A stretch of 63,744 bases of DNA, counting the filler, from Octopus bimaculoides (lineage: Eukaryota), in assembly GCF_001194135.2 (NCBI RefSeq). It is 6 parts of 5 records of this genome, joined end to end, with 100 filler letters (N's around TTAATTAATTAA, not from the genome) between each part and the next. Parts side by side here need not be neighbours in the genome. Positions count along the whole stretch, not along the records: positions 60,868 to 63,744 come from NC_068992.1; 5 more parts are not named here. The stretch is one strand, 5' to 3'. Positions 63,263-63,744 of the stretch are shown piece after piece. Numbering within the stretch: the stretch's first letter is position 1; every line of letters starts with the position of its first letter. Under the pieces are notes generated by a model. It saw only the letters and a program-made list of their open reading frames with translations. It made no database searches and was not told the origin of the DNA. Made by a program: the position numbers and the translations under genes.

Positions 63263-63694
63263 TTATATATAAATATATCTATATTAACATTAATATTTAG
63301 CAGACGTAACAGAGCGCCCATGGATAATACGGACTATACTGTACTAATCCGAAGGATGCCGACTCAGATGACAAAATCATCAAATCTGAAACGTCTTAAA
63401 TATTCAGAAATACAATCCTGGTATCATTGCTGTTCTTGTATACACTATTCTTCATTCCTGTAGAAAAATACAAGTTTTGCTAATATCATTTAAATTATGA
63501 TTCAATAACTGAGGTCCATTCACATGAAGTCGTTAGGTGTAGTGTTAAAAACATTTATTTATCAATGCAGAGTTAATCACTAATGTTTGTAACACATTTC
63601 TAATCAAAGCTTACATATACACATACGAACATGTATATCTATGGTTGACATGTGTATGCATATGCATACATACACACACACACACACACATATG

Positions 63695-63744
<50 letters not shown>

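Noticed and set aside
63293-63460. Minus-strand peptide FLNI*DVSDLMILSS...ALCYVC* faintly like an NXPE C-terminus
   Set aside because: In-frame stop and no conserved His-Pro; the similarity is too weak to call.

Overview
AT-rich, microsatellite- and SINE-dense animal genomic DNA, most likely from an octopod cephalopod (inferred from several tRNA-derived SINE families and abundant (TA)n/(CA)n/(TAA)n/(GAA)n tracts; no database search was run). It has many N gaps and five artificial 100-bp linkers (44 N + TTAATTAATTAA + 44 N) that split it into six independently assembled pieces. The only recognisable host gene is the 3' end of a PLXDC/TEM7-like membrane protein (two spliced coding exons, 52357-52475 and 53652-53750, + strand). 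The rest is mostly transposon-derived: Tx1/L1-like ORF1 and endonuclease relics, R4/Dong-like and RTE-like LINE pieces, a hAT transposase relic, two hAT MITEs, about 30 SINE copies (two tandem arrays) and degenerate minisatellites. The most notable signal is about ten minimal type I hammerhead-ribozyme motifs with palindromic stem III, four of them in the arms of two long non-coding foldback elements, plus several other long inverted repeats. Almost all long ORFs in the supplied track are microsatellite or N-gap artefacts.
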